DNA of 64,000 nt from the NCBI GenBank assembly GCA_964645585.1, contig CAZYAN010000003.1, positions 10,673 through 74,672 on the forward strand. The letters run 5' to 3'. A program made the position numbers and the translations under genes. The notes below the pieces were generated by a model. The model made no database searches. It was given only the letters and a program-made list of their open reading frames with translations, and had not been told where the DNA came from. Source of the DNA: an uncultured Opitutales bacterium. Its GTDB lineage: Bacteria; Verrucomicrobiota; Verrucomicrobiia; Opitutales; T3Sed10-336. Shown here in pieces: positions 43,912 through 57,053 of the stretch; the first letter of the stretch is position 1; every line of letters starts with the position of its first letter.

Positions 43912-45906
43912 GTGAATCTGTTTCAACTTGATCGGTCGGTGGTGCTGACAGGCCTTACTGTATTCGGGATGCTCGTGGCGATTCTTGCTCTGTTTCCCGT
44001 GTCGGAAAGCGTTGCCGGTTTCACATCCGCCGTCGGACTCTCGCTTGTCTATATGGCGGGGGGGCTCCCGGCCGGCTGGCGGGCGACGGCCACCCTCATG
44101 AAAGAGAGGATTCTCGATATCGACCTCCTCATGGTCGTCGCGGCCATCGCCGCGGCCGCGGTCGGAGCGCCTTTTGAGGGAGCGGTCCTGCTCACGCTCT
44201 TCAGCATCTCGACCACACTGGAAGAACGCGCCCTCGGCCGGGCCCGGCGCTCTATCGAAGCATTGATGGGTCTCCGCCCGGAAACCGCGCTCCGTAAAAA
44301 GTCTGACGGAACGGTTTCAGAAATTCCGGCCGAGGATCTGCGGGTCAAGGATACTATCGTGCTGCGGCCCGGCGCACGCGTTCCCGCGGACAGTGTCATC
44401 ATTCTCGGACGAAGCTCTCTGGACGAAGCCAACATTACTGGCGAATCGCTTCCCGTGACAAAAGGGCCCGGCAACCCGATCTTTGAAGCGACGGTCAATA
44501 TCAACGGCGTGCTTGAGGCCGAAGTGACAAAATCGGTCGAGGAGAGCACGGTCGCTCGCATGATCGCCCTGGTGACACAGGCGCAGGCGGCCAAAGCCCC
44601 TTCGGAACGATTCAGTTCCTGGTTTGGCCAGCGCTACACGATCGCCGCCATGACCGGCTCCACCCTGGCCTTCGCCGCTTTCTATTTTCTCGGACGAGGC
44701 TGGGAAGACGCGCTTTACCGAGCGGCGACCCTCTTGGTCGCGGCAAGCCCGTGCGCCATTGTGATCTCGGTTCCTTCCGCGATCCTTTCCGCACTCTCGT
44801 CTGCCGCGCGAGGAGGCGTCCTTTTTAAAGGCGGCGGCGCGCTCGAAACGCTCGCGGCAGTCGACATTTTTGCCTTCGACAAAACCGGCACGCTCACGAC
44901 CGGAAAAGCTTCCGTAACCAAGCTGGTCGCACTCGATCGCGACGAACGGCGATTCCTCTCACTCGTCGCGGGGCTTGAAGCTCAATCGGAGCACCCGAGC
45001 GCGGCAGCCATCCGACAAGAGGCCGCCCGTCGCGGAGTCGAACCGGCCGGCGTACGCGATGTCGTCAACCGGCCGAGCGCCGGGATCGTCGGCGACGATG
45101 GAGCCGGTCAACTGTGGGCGGGCAATCCTCGATTAGCGGATCAGATGGGCGCCGCCATCGACCACCCGGACCTGCGAGCGCTGGCGGCGGAAGCGGAAAC
45201 GGTTATCTATGTCGGCCGGGACTCCGAGACTCTCGGTGCGTTTACCGTTGCGGACTTGGCGCGCCCTACCTCCAAGCCGGCGCTCGCCGCGTTGCGCGAG
45301 GAAGGCGTTGGGAAAATTGTCATGATGACCGGCGACCGGCGTCCCGTCGCTTTGAGAATCGGGAAAGAACTTGGGATGAAACCGGAGGACATTCATGCCG
45401 ATCTGCTGCCGGAAGACAAAGTTCAGATGACGGGCGATCTCGCGTCCACGAGCAAGGTGGCGTTCGTCGGCGACGGCGTCAACGACGCGGCCGCTCTCGC
45501 CCGAGCCGATGTCGGGATCGCCATGGGGGCGGCGGGTTCCGACGTCGCGCTTGAGGCGGCGGACATCGCGCTCCTGTCAGAAGACATGACACGGCTTGCG
45601 GATGCGCACCGTCTCGCGCGCCGGACAGCGGCGATCATCCGCCAAAACCTGCTCTTCGCGATGGGCGCCATGGTCATTCTTGTCGCCAGCGGATTGTTTT
45701 TCGACCTGCCGTTGCCGCTTGCCGTGGTCGGCCACGAAGGCGGCACGGTTCTTGTGGTGCTGAACGGATTACGGCTGTTGCGCGATCCGATCCGGGGCAA
45801 AGGTAAAAAAGAGAAGGTGAGCCAAAAGAAGCCTCTCATGGCCGGAGCAACCCCGCCAGCCGATCGACCGGTCTTCCACAGAAGAATCCCGCGCCGCGGG
45901 GAGTAG
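43912..45906 (+). CDS. Heavy-metal P1B-4-type ATPase (Co/Zn/Fe(II) exporter)
   Basis: TGES, SPC in the metal-site helix, DKTGTLT, GDGVNDA, HEGGT; no N-terminal metal-binding domain. Confidence 0.92.
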   Translation: MNLFQLDRSVVLTGLTVFGMLVAILALFPVSESVAGFTSAVGLSLVYMAGGLPAGWRATATLMKERILDIDLLMVVAAIAAAAVGAPFEGAVLLTLFSISTTLEERALGRARRSIEALMGLRPETALRKKSDGTVSEIPAEDLRVKDTIVLRPGARVPADSVIILGRSSLDEANITGESLPVTKGPGNPIFEATVNINGVLEAEVTKSVEESTVARMIALVTQAQAAKAPSERFSSWFGQRYTIAAMTGSTLAFAAFYFLGRGWEDALYRAATLLVAASPCAIVISVPSAILSALSSAARGGVLFKGGGALETLAAVDIFAFDKTGTLTTGKASVTKLVALDRDERRFLSLVAGLEAQSEHPSAAAIRQEAARRGVEPAGVRDVVNRPSAGIVGDDGAGQLWAGNPRLADQMGAAIDHPDLRALAAEAETVIYVGRDSETLGAFTVADLARPTSKPALAALREEGVGKIVMMTGDRRPVALRIGKELGMKPEDIHADLLPEDKVQMTGDLASTSKVAFVGDGVNDAAALARADVGIAMGAAGSDVALEAADIALLSEDMTRLADAHRLARRTAAIIRQNLLFAMGAMVILVASGLFFDLPLPLAVVGHEGGTVLVVLNGLRLLRDPIRGKGKKEKVSQKKPLMAGATPPADRPVFHRRIPRRGE

Positions 45907-45937
45907 GTCCGAACTGCCGCGTTCTTTGTTTCTTTCG

Positions 45938-46543
45938 CTAAAAAAGCAAAAAATACCCGACGACCCCGAACGTGCCGAGCGTCACGGTGAAGGCGATCAG
46001 CGCAATCAGTCCGTCACGTGCGACGACGGCCAGTCCGAAAGCCACAAGCGCCGCCCCGGCGCCATTCGCGCTGAACGGAACCACTTCCATAAACGGCATC
46101 ACCGCGCCGATCAGCATGCAGACCAGCGCCAAGACCCGCACGCCGGTATTGCCGGTTATTATACAGAGGCGAGGACGGAGCAGACTGTCGATAAAATGCG
46201 CCGGCCGACGAAGCCAGCCGAGTCCTTTTCGAAGCGTTTCCCGTTCAACGGATCGCCGCAAAAGCCAGCCGGGGAGCCATAGGTGGTCACGTCGCACCAG
46301 CATTTGCGCCGCCACAATGATGACTAAGATCCCAAGGATTCCAGGCACGCCGGGAATGTCTCCGATGACCGGCATCATCGTGATCAGCCCGGCTAGCAGC
46401 AGCAGCGGCCCGAATGACCGACGGCCCACTTTGTCTAAGACCGCGTCCAAGGTCACACGCCCGTCCGCGTCATCAGCCTCATCCAAGAGGTCGAGCAACT
46501 GCTCGAGGTCCGTAATTTCCTCCCTCTCCTTTTTGCCCCCCAT
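45938..46543 (-). CDS. exoD: ExoD family membrane protein
   Basis: GRRSFGPLLLL, LWLPGWL, RPRL, VPFSAN, RDG. Start 46543 or 46558. Confidence 0.88.
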   Translation of the reverse strand: MGGKKEREEITDLEQLLDLLDEADDADGRVTLDAVLDKVGRRSFGPLLLLAGLITMMPVIGDIPGVPGILGILVIIVAAQMLVRRDHLWLPGWLLRRSVERETLRKGLGWLRRPAHFIDSLLRPRLCIITGNTGVRVLALVCMLIGAVMPFMEVVPFSANGAGAALVAFGLAVVARDGLIALIAFTVTLGTFGVVGYFLLF

Positions 46544-46686
46544 CGCCGTCCCGGACATTATCCCGCAAAAGGCGGGGCTCGTAAAGCCGGAGCGGAAACT
46601 CGGGCATGCGAACAACTCTCCCTCGCACCAGCCACGCCGCCACGCGGCAGGCGGGATGGCGTTTGCTGGAGGGGGGCGGCGTTGTT

Positions 46687-47459
46687 TTACTTCGCCATCG
46701 TCGGCTTCGCCCGAATCCGGCTTTTCACGGTCGCCTTCAAGTACTGACGATTGAGCATGCCGATGAAATCCTCGCTGATGCTCTTCGGACAGACGGCTGA
46801 ACACTCGTAGTAGTTAGTGCAATTGCCAAAGCCGGCTTCGTCCATCGCGGCGACCATCTTCAACACGCGCTGGTCCTTTTCCGGCTGGCCCTGCGGCAGA
46901 AGGTTCAGATGCGCTGCCTTGGCGGCCACAAAAAGCATCGCGGAGGCGTTCTTACAAGCCGCGACGCAGGCCCCGCACCCAATACAGGCGGCGGCATCCA
47001 TCGCGAGATCCGAGGTATCTTTTGGCACGAGCGTGGAATTCGCCTCGCTCGCGCTTCCCGTGCGGACCGAAATGAATCCGCCGGCCTGGATGATCTTGTC
47101 GAACGCGCTTCGGTTGACGACCAGGTCCTTCAGGACCGGAAAGGCTTTGGCCTGGAACGGCTCAACCACAATCTCGTCGCCGTCCTTAAAGTGACGCATG
47201 TGCAGCTGACAGGTCGCCAGCCCCCGCTCGGGTCCGTGCGGAATACCGTTGATCGTGCAGGAGCACGAACCGCAAATACCTTCCCGGCAATCGCTGTCGA
47301 AGGCAATCGGTTCCTCGCCTTTCGCGATCAGGCGCTCGTTAACGACGTCGAGCATCTCCAGGAACGACATGTCCGGAGAAATGTCCGGCGCATCGTATTC
47401 AACGAGCGTTCCCGGGCTGTCAGCGTCTTTCTGTCTCCAAACTTTTAGTTTGAGATTCA

Positions 47460-47460
<1 letters not shown>
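46687..47460 (-). CDS. sdhB: Succinate dehydrogenase/fumarate reductase iron-sulfur subunit
   Basis: [34 protein letters not shown]. Confidence 0.96.
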
Positions 47461-49373
<1,913 letters not shown>

Positions 49374-49391
49374 GGACAAGCGGTGGGTGGA

Positions 49392-50072
49392 TCAACGGCC
49401 GTAACCGAGCAGAATCGCCAGCGGGATCGAGGTGTTCCCGACAAAAATGATCGCGGCAAAAAGCCATGAGATCGCCCCAATTATGCCGCGCGTGCCGGAG
49501 CTGCGCAACCCGAGCGTTTGCAACATGCTGGCGATGCCGTGACTGAGATGCATCGCGAGGAGCAGCATCGCCACAATATAAAAGGCCGACACCCAAAAAC
49601 TGCTGAAGCCGGCAATCACCATCCCGTAGACATCGGGGCGCCCGGCACTGTCGAGCATTTCGCGATACTCCGGGTGCGTAACCTGCACGGTGAAATGCAT
49701 CAGGTGATAAATGACGAACGCAAAGATGATCACGCCGCTCCAGCGCATCGTGCGCGAGGCGTAGGTTGCCTGAATCGTCCCTTCGCGCTTGTAATTACTC
49801 GGCCGCGCCTGACGGTTCTCGATTGTCAGGCTGACAGCGGCCCAGATATGGAGACCGGTTACCGCCAGCAGTCCGAGGCGCGCGACCCAGAGCAAAGCCG
49901 GCATCGCGTGGAGTTTCGCGGCATAGGCGTTCAGTTGCTCCTGCCCGATAAAAATCTGCAGGTTGCCCAGCATGTGCCCGATCACGAATCCAAGCAGGGC
50001 AAATCCGGTGACAGCCATGATTATTTTCCTCCCGATGGAGGAAGTGAACAAATTGGCTCCTGATTGCATCAA
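49392..50072 (-). CDS. sdhC: Succinate dehydrogenase cytochrome b subunit
   Basis: SIGRKIIMAVTG, GHMLGNL, HL.HF, HLSHG..S.LQTLG; five TM segments. Confidence 0.95.
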   Translation of the reverse strand: MMQSGANLFTSSIGRKIIMAVTGFALLGFVIGHMLGNLQIFIGQEQLNAYAAKLHAMPALLWVARLGLLAVTGLHIWAAVSLTIENRQARPSNYKREGTIQATYASRTMRWSGVIIFAFVIYHLMHFTVQVTHPEYREMLDSAGRPDVYGMVIAGFSSFWVSAFYIVAMLLLAMHLSHGIASMLQTLGLRSSGTRGIIGAISWLFAAIIFVGNTSIPLAILLGYGR

Positions 50073-50408
50073 TGTGTCATGATAACGGTTCTATTGAGAC
50101 CGGCAACCCAGCAGGGCCAACCGGGATCCCCATTCTTCGCACGCGAGAACCCGACTCATCCGCGGACCCAAACGCTCGGCACAAGAGGCCGAGGCAATGG
50201 CAAGAAACGGCACGGCGAAAAATCGTCCCAAGGGACCGGGTGCCAACGTAACAACTGCCTTCGCGCGGTCAATGAATGAAATCTTCTTATTAGTCCCCGC
50301 ATGCGCATACAACGATTCTACTAATAGCCCTCGTTCGTATCGTGATTCCAAATTTCTCGTTCCCGTTCATCCGCTAAGGAAACCAACCAATCGCCGCGAT
50401 CCCGCCTT

Positions 50409-51923
50409 CTATGGCTCGCGCACCCCGGTTCCGGTCGGCGAATCGTCCAAATGGAAACGCGCCGCAAGCATGTCACGATGCCGCGCCACGATCTCGGCGT
50501 ATTCAGGATCTCCAGCGAGATTGACGGTCTCGCCGGGATCATTGACGTAATCAAAAAGCTGCCGAGCCGCGCCGTCGTCGCCGCGCGCCTGATACTCCAC
50601 GTAGCGCCAGCGAAGTGTGCGTATCGAATAACCGAATCTTCCTTGCGGCGTCACCGTCTGCGTCACCGCCCCTTCCCGGCTTCGATGATCAGGATCATCG
50701 AGGACCGGCCGCAAGCTGATGCCGTCGAGGTATTCCGGCGCCTGCAAACCGCACAAATCAGCCAGCGTCGGGTAGAGGTCGAGCAGTTCCACCGGATGGG
50801 GAGCACGGCCGCCGCTGGCGGCAGCACCCGGCACTCGGATGATCAGCGGAACGCGCGCGGAGTTTTCGAAAAGGCTTCGCTTCTGCCAGAGCCCGTGCTC
50901 TCCGAGGTGATACCCGTGATCGCTCGTAAAAACAACAATGGTGTCGTCAGCGAAACCGAGCCGTTCGACCGCCTCCAGCACACGGCCAACCTGCGAATCC
51001 ATATAGGAAATCGACGCCCAATACGCCTGGCGCGCCTGCAGCCGCTGCTCGTCGGTCATCCTGTCTTCCCTCCGGTGCGCGCTGAACCAGGCCACCGCCG
51101 GTTCCCGCGCCTTGTCTTGCTCCGACAATTCTGGCAGTCCGACCTCCTCGAGCGGAATTTTCTCAAAATAGCGCCGCGGCGCCACGTAAGGTGTGTGCGG
51201 AAGGTAGAAGCCGACCGCAAGGAAGAAGCGGCGGCCCTCCACGCGGTATCTCTCCAGTTGTTCGACCGCCGCGGAAGCGGCGACCGCGTCGGTTAGCGGC
51301 GGTTCATGATTTTCAGTGGCAAGCCAGCTCAAGGTCGCTCCGAACGAACCGGGATTGAGCGAAAAGATCCGGTCGGTAATGTCGCGATCGTGTCCCCGCG
51401 GGTTGACGGTATAATTCCAGCTCAACGGATCATCGGTGCTGCCGGTGCCGATCTGGTTGGGGACATTGTAATGATACAATTTCCCGATCCGCGTGCTGAA
51501 CCACCCGGCCCGCATGAAAGCTTCCGGAAGCGTGACCGTCGCGGGAATGTGTTCACGAAAATGATTCAAGACACCGGTCCGGCCCGGGTTGGCATGGATG
51601 CCGGTGGCATGGGGCATTCGGCCGGTCAAGATTGAGGCCCGGCTCGGATTGCACAGCGGCTGCTGACAGTACGCGCGTTCAAACAAAACCCCGTCCGCGG
51701 CCAGCCGGTCCAGGGCCGGAGTTTGCACCAGCGGATGACCGTAGGCCCCAAGGTCGGCATTGAGATCATCCGCCATGAGCAGCAGGACGTTATATGGACG
51801 CGTTTCCACCGCTTTCGCCGCGGCGGGGCCGAGCGTTGCCAGAGCAACAACGATACTCGCCAAAGGAGCCGCGGCGCGGCCGGCGAAACGGGAGAAGATG
51901 TGGCGGCAGAATGAAATAATCAT
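50409..51923 (-). CDS. Secreted formylglycine-type sulfatase (iduronate-2-sulfatase/choline-sulfatase-like)
   Basis: Signal peptide; ADDL, CNPSRASILTG (CxPxR), GKLYH, PHTP, SDHGYHLGEH..W.K. Confidence 0.92.
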   Translation of the reverse strand: MIISFCRHIFSRFAGRAAAPLASIVVALATLGPAAAKAVETRPYNVLLLMADDLNADLGAYGHPLVQTPALDRLAADGVLFERAYCQQPLCNPSRASILTGRMPHATGIHANPGRTGVLNHFREHIPATVTLPEAFMRAGWFSTRIGKLYHYNVPNQIGTGSTDDPLSWNYTVNPRGHDRDITDRIFSLNPGSFGATLSWLATENHEPPLTDAVAASAAVEQLERYRVEGRRFFLAVGFYLPHTPYVAPRRYFEKIPLEEVGLPELSEQDKAREPAVAWFSAHRREDRMTDEQRLQARQAYWASISYMDSQVGRVLEAVERLGFADDTIVVFTSDHGYHLGEHGLWQKRSLFENSARVPLIIRVPGAAASGGRAPHPVELLDLYPTLADLCGLQAPEYLDGISLRPVLDDPDHRSREGAVTQTVTPQGRFGYSIRTLRWRYVEYQARGDDGAARQLFDYVNDPGETVNLAGDPEYAEIVARHRDMLAARFHLDDSPTGTGVREP

Positions 51924-51993
51924 GAGCGAGCGGCAGGAAAAACAACGGTTCACCGACCTGTCACGAATGCATCAAACTGTCAAAGGGTTTCGG

Positions 51994-52578
51994 CTACCGT
52001 GCTTCGATCTCGCGCCACAGCGGCTCGAAGAAAAAGAGCGCATTCAATACGAGCGAATGAAGAATTTTCCCTTCCCGTGCCCAGCGCAACGTCTCGGGAA
52101 CCGTTGCGAGGCTGACTTCGATTTCCTCGTCCTGATCCCAGCGCGTCTCCCTGCGGAGTTCCGCGTTTTCCACCAGAACAAAGAAGCAGCGATTGTCGAG
52201 GATGGCGGGATTCGCCCAGACCGATCCGATGATGCGGGCATTCGTCCCGACGTAGCCGGTCTCCTCCTCAAGCTCCCGCAGGCCCGCCTGCACCGGGTCT
52301 TCTCCTTCGTCGAGCATGCCGCCGGGAATTTCCAGAGAACATTTCTCAACACCGAACCGGAATTGATTCACCAGCACGAGTTCCTTCGCCGGCGTCAGCG
52401 CCAGGACATTGACCCAATTCGCGGAATGAATCGCAAAAAAATCTCGCTCGACCCTCCGCTCCGGATGGTAGCAGCGCTTCCGCAGCACCGAAAACACCCG
52501 GCAATCCGCATGCGGTTCCACTCCGCGAACTTCCCAATCACACAGATCGGATCCTGACTTCGACGCGTCACAAGACAT
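51994..52578 (-). CDS. NUDIX hydrolase (ADP-ribose pyrophosphatase-like)
   Basis: Nudix box GGMLDEGEDPVQAGLRELEEETG. Confidence 0.9.
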   Translation of the reverse strand: MSCDASKSGSDLCDWEVRGVEPHADCRVFSVLRKRCYHPERRVERDFFAIHSANWVNVLALTPAKELVLVNQFRFGVEKCSLEIPGGMLDEGEDPVQAGLRELEEETGYVGTNARIIGSVWANPAILDNRCFFVLVENAELRRETRWDQDEEIEVSLATVPETLRWAREGKILHSLVLNALFFFEPLWREIEAR

Positions 52579-52677
52579 TCAGGCAAACTGGCAGCCGCGC
52601 CGGACTGGTTCAACTCAAACCATCAGCGGGCAATTCTCCCTCCGTAAAGTGCGGGTTCCTCCACGATTCCGCTGCCC

Positions 52678-53307
52678 TCACGGACGCGGAACGCGGATCT
52701 CCTGCCCGACTTGCAGCCGGCGCGGATCGACATCCGCATTTGCTTCCAGCAACCGCCCCAGCGGGATCTGATAACGCGAGGCAACCGCCGAAAGCGTATC
52801 ACCGCTTCGAATCACATAAACCTCCATCTCCGCGCTCGCCGCGTTTTCCGATGCCCTCGACGATGCCGGACTCTGACTCTGAGCGACCGCTTCCGCCTCA
52901 TCCGCATCAACAACTTCCGCTCCCTCGTGTTGCGCGGGCGCGGACGCGACTCCCCCGCCCCGCTGCAACCCCGTCAGCCGTTCCTGCAGCGTCCGCGCAA
53001 AGGAGAGGCTTTCATTCAGGTCATTTCGCACTCGGGTCAACTCCGCGCTCACCTGGTTAAACGCGTTCTGTGTGCCCTCGCGCAACGCGTCCACCTCGCG
53101 CTTCACACGCGCGGCGCCCTCGGAAATGCCACTCGAAACCTCCTCCACTTCCTGGATTTTCCCCATCAAATCCCGGACCAGCGAAACTTCCTCGCGCAAC
53201 TCGTCCGTCTCCTGCTTGGTGCGGTAACCGTAATACAAGCCGGCAGCGCCCAAACCGACGCCAAGCAGCGCCAATAAACCGAGGAGAAACTTTGAGCCGC
53301 TGTCCAT
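52678..53307 (-). CDS. Membrane-anchored coiled-coil LysM protein
   Basis: N-terminal TM, coiled coil, C-terminal YVIRSGDTLSAVA...ANADVDPRRLQVGQEIRVP. Confidence 0.88.
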   Translation of the reverse strand: MDSGSKFLLGLLALLGVGLGAAGLYYGYRTKQETDELREEVSLVRDLMGKIQEVEEVSSGISEGAARVKREVDALREGTQNAFNQVSAELTRVRNDLNESLSFARTLQERLTGLQRGGGVASAPAQHEGAEVVDADEAEAVAQSQSPASSRASENAASAEMEVYVIRSGDTLSAVASRYQIPLGRLLEANADVDPRRLQVGQEIRVPRP

Positions 53308-53406
53308 CGCGGTAATCGTAAGAGGCTTTGAAAATGGAGAGTACCGTCGGCAGCGATCCCGAGCCGGCGCCGCCAGTCGCGGGTAAACCCGCAATTCAGG
53401 AAGAAA

Positions 53407-53483
53407 TGGTCGGGGCGGACGGATTTGAACCGCCGACCTCCTGGTCCCAAACCAGGCGCTCTACCAGGCTAAGCTACGCCCCG
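53407..53483 (-). tRNA. tRNA-Pro (anticodon UGG), CCA encoded
   Basis: CGGGGCGTAGCTTAGCCTGGTAGAGCGCCTGGTTTGGGACCAGGAGGTCGGCGGTTCAAATCCGTCCGCCCCGACCA folds as a cloverleaf. Confidence 0.97.
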
Positions 53484-53584
53484 AAACCGCCCTGACAATC
53501 GACTTCATTTACCCTCGCTGTCAAACCTTTCCTCCGCCCTCAAACCCGGCTTCGTTAAACTCGTTCCCCCCGTGACTCCCGTTT

Positions 53585-55309
53585 ATGATCATTTTCCGTT
53601 ACTCGTCAAAAATCGCGATACAGACAGAAATGAACTCGCGTTTCGAAGCCCGCGGAGTAGAACCCGCCGTCAGCCTTCCTTCTCTTTTACCTATGCATCA
53701 CTCTATCGGGTTTCAGCGCAATCGGCGGACAGCGCGGAGGCCGGGCGGCTCGACGCCATCCTTTTCCCTTTCAACCATTCTCACGGCAGCCGCGAGCAGC
53801 ATTCTCCTCTTCGCCGCCGGAGCAAACGGTGCGATTACCAGCCGCGATCACGTCTGGGACATCACTTTTCCCGTGGAGAAGGGCGCCGTGACCTACGAGC
53901 GGATGTGGCACAACTGCCGTGATTCCGGATGCACCCGCGCCCACCGTGCGGTCGACCTCCATGGCACGCCCGGTACTCCGGTCTATGCGGTCGCGGACGG
54001 AACTATCAAATGGCAAATGACCTCAGCGTCGAGCGGCTGGGCGATGTATTCTGGTGCTGGATACACGATGTACATGGACACTCCAGACGGCGCCTTCCGG
54101 CACTCCTACGGGCACTTCGGCCCCAAGGAGCGCGATCGCGAACACGAAGCGTTTGCGGTCAACCCGGCGACCGGCCAGCTCTGGAAGGTCGGCGATTTCG
54201 TCCGGCGCGGACAAGTGATCGGCTATCTCGGAAGCTCGGGGGCGACCGCCTCCGGCCCTCACCTGCACTTTGAGATCCGCTCCATTAAGCGGAGCCTTCC
54301 TCACGATGACCCTGGTCCGGATGCGATCGAGGGCCGCAGCTATGGCGACCCGAACGCGACGCTCGGCTCCTTCAGTTACCTCCGCTACGATCCGTTTCCC
54401 AGCCTGCAAGCAGCTGAGGCCCGCGGGGATTATCCAGGAGGACCGCTGCAGGTCGGCGATTTTGTCATGGTTTACGGTGTTGCAGGCAGTCTGAACGTCC
54501 GCGGGCCAGACGCGTGTGGCTCCCCGATATCCGGCGCCGCGAAACCCAAAGGGTCCATCGGCCGGATCATCGGCGGGCCAGCCTCGTGTCCGCAAATCAC
54601 CCAGCACAATCTGTGGCAAATCCTCTGGGAGGATTGCACGGTCGGCTGGTCGTCCGAGCGCTACCTTATTCACTCGCGAATTCCCGACACGTTTTGCGAA
54701 GCCTACGAGGTGTCAGTCACAGTTCAGGGTGCAGGCAACATCACGCGTTCGCCGGACCAGGCAATTTATTTTCACGGGCAAACCATCGAGCTGCACGCGC
54801 AAGCGGAACCGGAGTTCGCATTCGCCGGATGGCTGGGATCGACAATCAGCATGGACAACCCGCTCAATCTAACGGTTGGCAGCAATCAATTTCTCCTCGC
54901 CCGCTTCGTCCGCAGCTACGACGCGTGGACGGAATCACGCTTCTCACCCGCTGAACAAACCATACCTGGTTTCACGGATCCGGACGGCGATCCCTATCAT
55001 CACGGAATCGCAAACCTCGCGGTGTTCGCATTTGGACTGGACGCGCGGCATCCGGAGCGCGACAGCCTGCCGCGGGTGGAGCAAGCCGGCGACCGTCTTC
55101 TGTTCGTATTTCACCAGCTAAAAGACGATTCAGATGTCCGGTACATCGTCGAGCAATCTGCCGACCTCCAGAATTGGACCCGGATCAATCGCGGCGCGAG
55201 CTGGGAAACCGTGGATCTTCCCGGCGAGATCGTCAAAGAAATCCGTGTTCCGCTCGAATCAGACCCATCCGGCGCCACCCGCTTCGTCCGCCTCCGCCTC
55301 GAACGCTGA
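53585..55309 (+). CDS. Secreted M23 metallopeptidase with SH3-like, InlB B-repeat-like and C-terminal module
   Basis: HRAVD (HxxxD), GTPVYAVADG, GPHLHFEIR (HxH); LNVR...GWSSERYL; FAGWLG; C-terminal YIVEQSADLQNW...RFVRL. True start probably 53630 or 53693. Confidence 0.82.
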   Translation: MIIFRYSSKIAIQTEMNSRFEARGVEPAVSLPSLLPMHHSIGFQRNRRTARRPGGSTPSFSLSTILTAAASSILLFAAGANGAITSRDHVWDITFPVEKGAVTYERMWHNCRDSGCTRAHRAVDLHGTPGTPVYAVADGTIKWQMTSASSGWAMYSGAGYTMYMDTPDGAFRHSYGHFGPKERDREHEAFAVNPATGQLWKVGDFVRRGQVIGYLGSSGATASGPHLHFEIRSIKRSLPHDDPGPDAIEGRSYGDPNATLGSFSYLRYDPFPSLQAAEARGDYPGGPLQVGDFVMVYGVAGSLNVRGPDACGSPISGAAKPKGSIGRIIGGPASCPQITQHNLWQILWEDCTVGWSSERYLIHSRIPDTFCEAYEVSVTVQGAGNITRSPDQAIYFHGQTIELHAQAEPEFAFAGWLGSTISMDNPLNLTVGSNQFLLARFVRSYDAWTESRFSPAEQTIPGFTDPDGDPYHHGIANLAVFAFGLDARHPERDSLPRVEQAGDRLLFVFHQLKDDSDVRYIVEQSADLQNWTRINRGASWETVDLPGEIVKEIRVPLESDPSGATRFVRLRLER

Positions 55310-55425
55310 CGAGAAGGACGGGCTCACGCTCTCACGAACGCGGCTGCACGCAGCTCCCTGCGTGAGCCGATAGACAATCTGGTGGAAAACCCGCCGCCTC
55401 GCTTTCGTTGCGGGATCAGCGACTT

Positions 55426-57003
55426 TTATGACCGCACGATCAACGATTCGCCGGTCATTTCAGCGGGTTTTGGAAGTCCCATAAGATCCAAAACAGTTGG
55501 AGCTATGTCGGCGAGACGGCCGCCGGAACGGAGCTTGAGCGACTCACATCCTTCTCCGGCGACAAACAGCTCAACAGGATTCAATGTATGCGACGTGTGC
55601 GGGCCGCCGATCGCCGGATCCCAAAGCTGGTCCGCGTTGCCGTGGTCGGCCGTGATCACCGCCTTCCCTCCGACTTGTTTCATTGCTTCGAGAAGTTCGC
55701 CCACCGCCGCGTCGACGGTTTCCACCGCTTTGACCGTGGCCTCGAGTGAGCCGGTGTGTCCGACCATGTCCGGGTTGGCAAAGTTCACGACGATCAATCC
55801 GTATCGCTTCGACAAAATCGCCTCGCGGGTCGCAGCCGTGACCTCCGCGGCCGACATTTCCGGCTGCTGGTCGTAGGTCGCTACTTTCGGACTCGGCGCC
55901 ACATGGCGGTCCTCCAGCGGAAATGGCTCCTCCCGGTAATCGTTAAAGAAAAAAGTCACGTGCGGATACTTCTCCGTCTCGGCGCAGCGGAATTGCGGAA
56001 TGCCGGAATCACTGACGTAGCCGCCGAGAATGTTCTTCATCTTCTCCGGCTTCGGGAAGAGCACGTTGACCGGCAGGCCCGACTCATATTCGGTCATCGT
56101 CACGTAAAACAGGTCGAGCTTCGCGCCGCGATCAAAGCCGTCAAAGTCATCCAGGACAAATGCCTTGGTCAACTCGCGCGGGCGGTCTCCGCGATAATTA
56201 TAAAACAGCACCGCGTCGCCGTTACCGATGATGCCGACTGGCTCGCCAGCTTCGTTGCGTATCCGTGTCGGCACGACAAACTCGTCTCCCTGCCTCGAGG
56301 CATCCAGCGGGTTTTGGTAATACGCTTCGACGGCCTCCGCCGCCGACGCGGCCGCCGGCGCTTCCCCGCGGCCGGTCAGGCAGTTGTACGCTTTCTCCAC
56401 CCGCTCCCAGCGGTTGTCGCGATCCATGCTCCAAAACCGGCCGGAAACGGTCGCGATTTTTCCGATGCCGATCTCACGGCACTTTTCCTCGACCTGACGG
56501 ATAAATCCCAGCCCGCTCGCCGGGCTCGTGTCACGGCCGTCGGTGAATGCATGAATGAAAACCTTCTCGACGCCCTCGGCCTTCAAGATCCGCAACAGCC
56601 CGTACAGGTGTTCGAGCATTCCATGCACACCGGCGTCGGAAACGATCCCCATCAGGTGGAAGGCCGACCCGCGGCTCCGGACACGCTCCACGGCCGCGAC
56701 AAACACCGGATTTTTCCGCACTTCACCGCGCTCGAGCGCTTTGTTGATACGCACGAGTTCCTGATCCACGATCCGGCCCGCCCCGATGTTCTGATGGCCC
56801 ACTTCGCTGTTGCCCATGATCCCGTGCGGCAACCCGACGTCGAGGCCCGACGCGGCCAGCTTTGTCACCGGATAGCGCGCGCGCAGCGCGTCGTCGCACG
56901 GCGTGCGGGCGAGCTTGACGGCGTTGAACGTGTCATGAGCCGGGTTGGGATTGGCGCCCCACCCGTCGCGAATGATGAGAATAGTCGGCTGATACGATGA
57001 CAT
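55426..57003 (-). CDS. gpmI: 2,3-bisphosphoglycerate-independent phosphoglycerate mutase
   Basis: [56 protein letters not shown]. Confidence 0.97.
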   Translation of the reverse strand: MSSYQPTILIIRDGWGANPNPAHDTFNAVKLARTPCDDALRARYPVTKLAASGLDVGLPHGIMGNSEVGHQNIGAGRIVDQELVRINKALERGEVRKNPVFVAAVERVRSRGSAFHLMGIVSDAGVHGMLEHLYGLLRILKAEGVEKVFIHAFTDGRDTSPASGLGFIRQVEEKCREIGIGKIATVSGRFWSMDRDNRWERVEKAYNCLTGRGEAPAAASAAEAVEAYYQNPLDASRQGDEFVVPTRIRNEAGEPVGIIGNGDAVLFYNYRGDRPRELTKAFVLDDFDGFDRGAKLDLFYVTMTEYESGLPVNVLFPKPEKMKNILGGYVSDSGIPQFRCAETEKYPHVTFFFNDYREEPFPLEDRHVAPSPKVATYDQQPEMSAAEVTAATREAILSKRYGLIVVNFANPDMVGHTGSLEATVKAVETVDAAVGELLEAMKQVGGKAVITADHGNADQLWDPAIGGPHTSHTLNPVELFVAGEGCESLKLRSGGRLADIAPTVLDLMGLPKPAEMTGESLIVRS

Positions 57004-57053
57004 TGGAACGGAATCAGTTTCTGTGAAAAGTGAAAGAAGCGAAGCGACGAGCG

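Noticed and set aside
45938-46543. exoD as part of the capsule locus
   Set aside because: Separated from it by proS and the ATPase; ExoD has no demonstrated direct role in polymer synthesis.
53407-53483. tRNA-Pro as an island integration site
   Set aside because: No integrase and no duplicated tRNA 3' end was noticed in the window.
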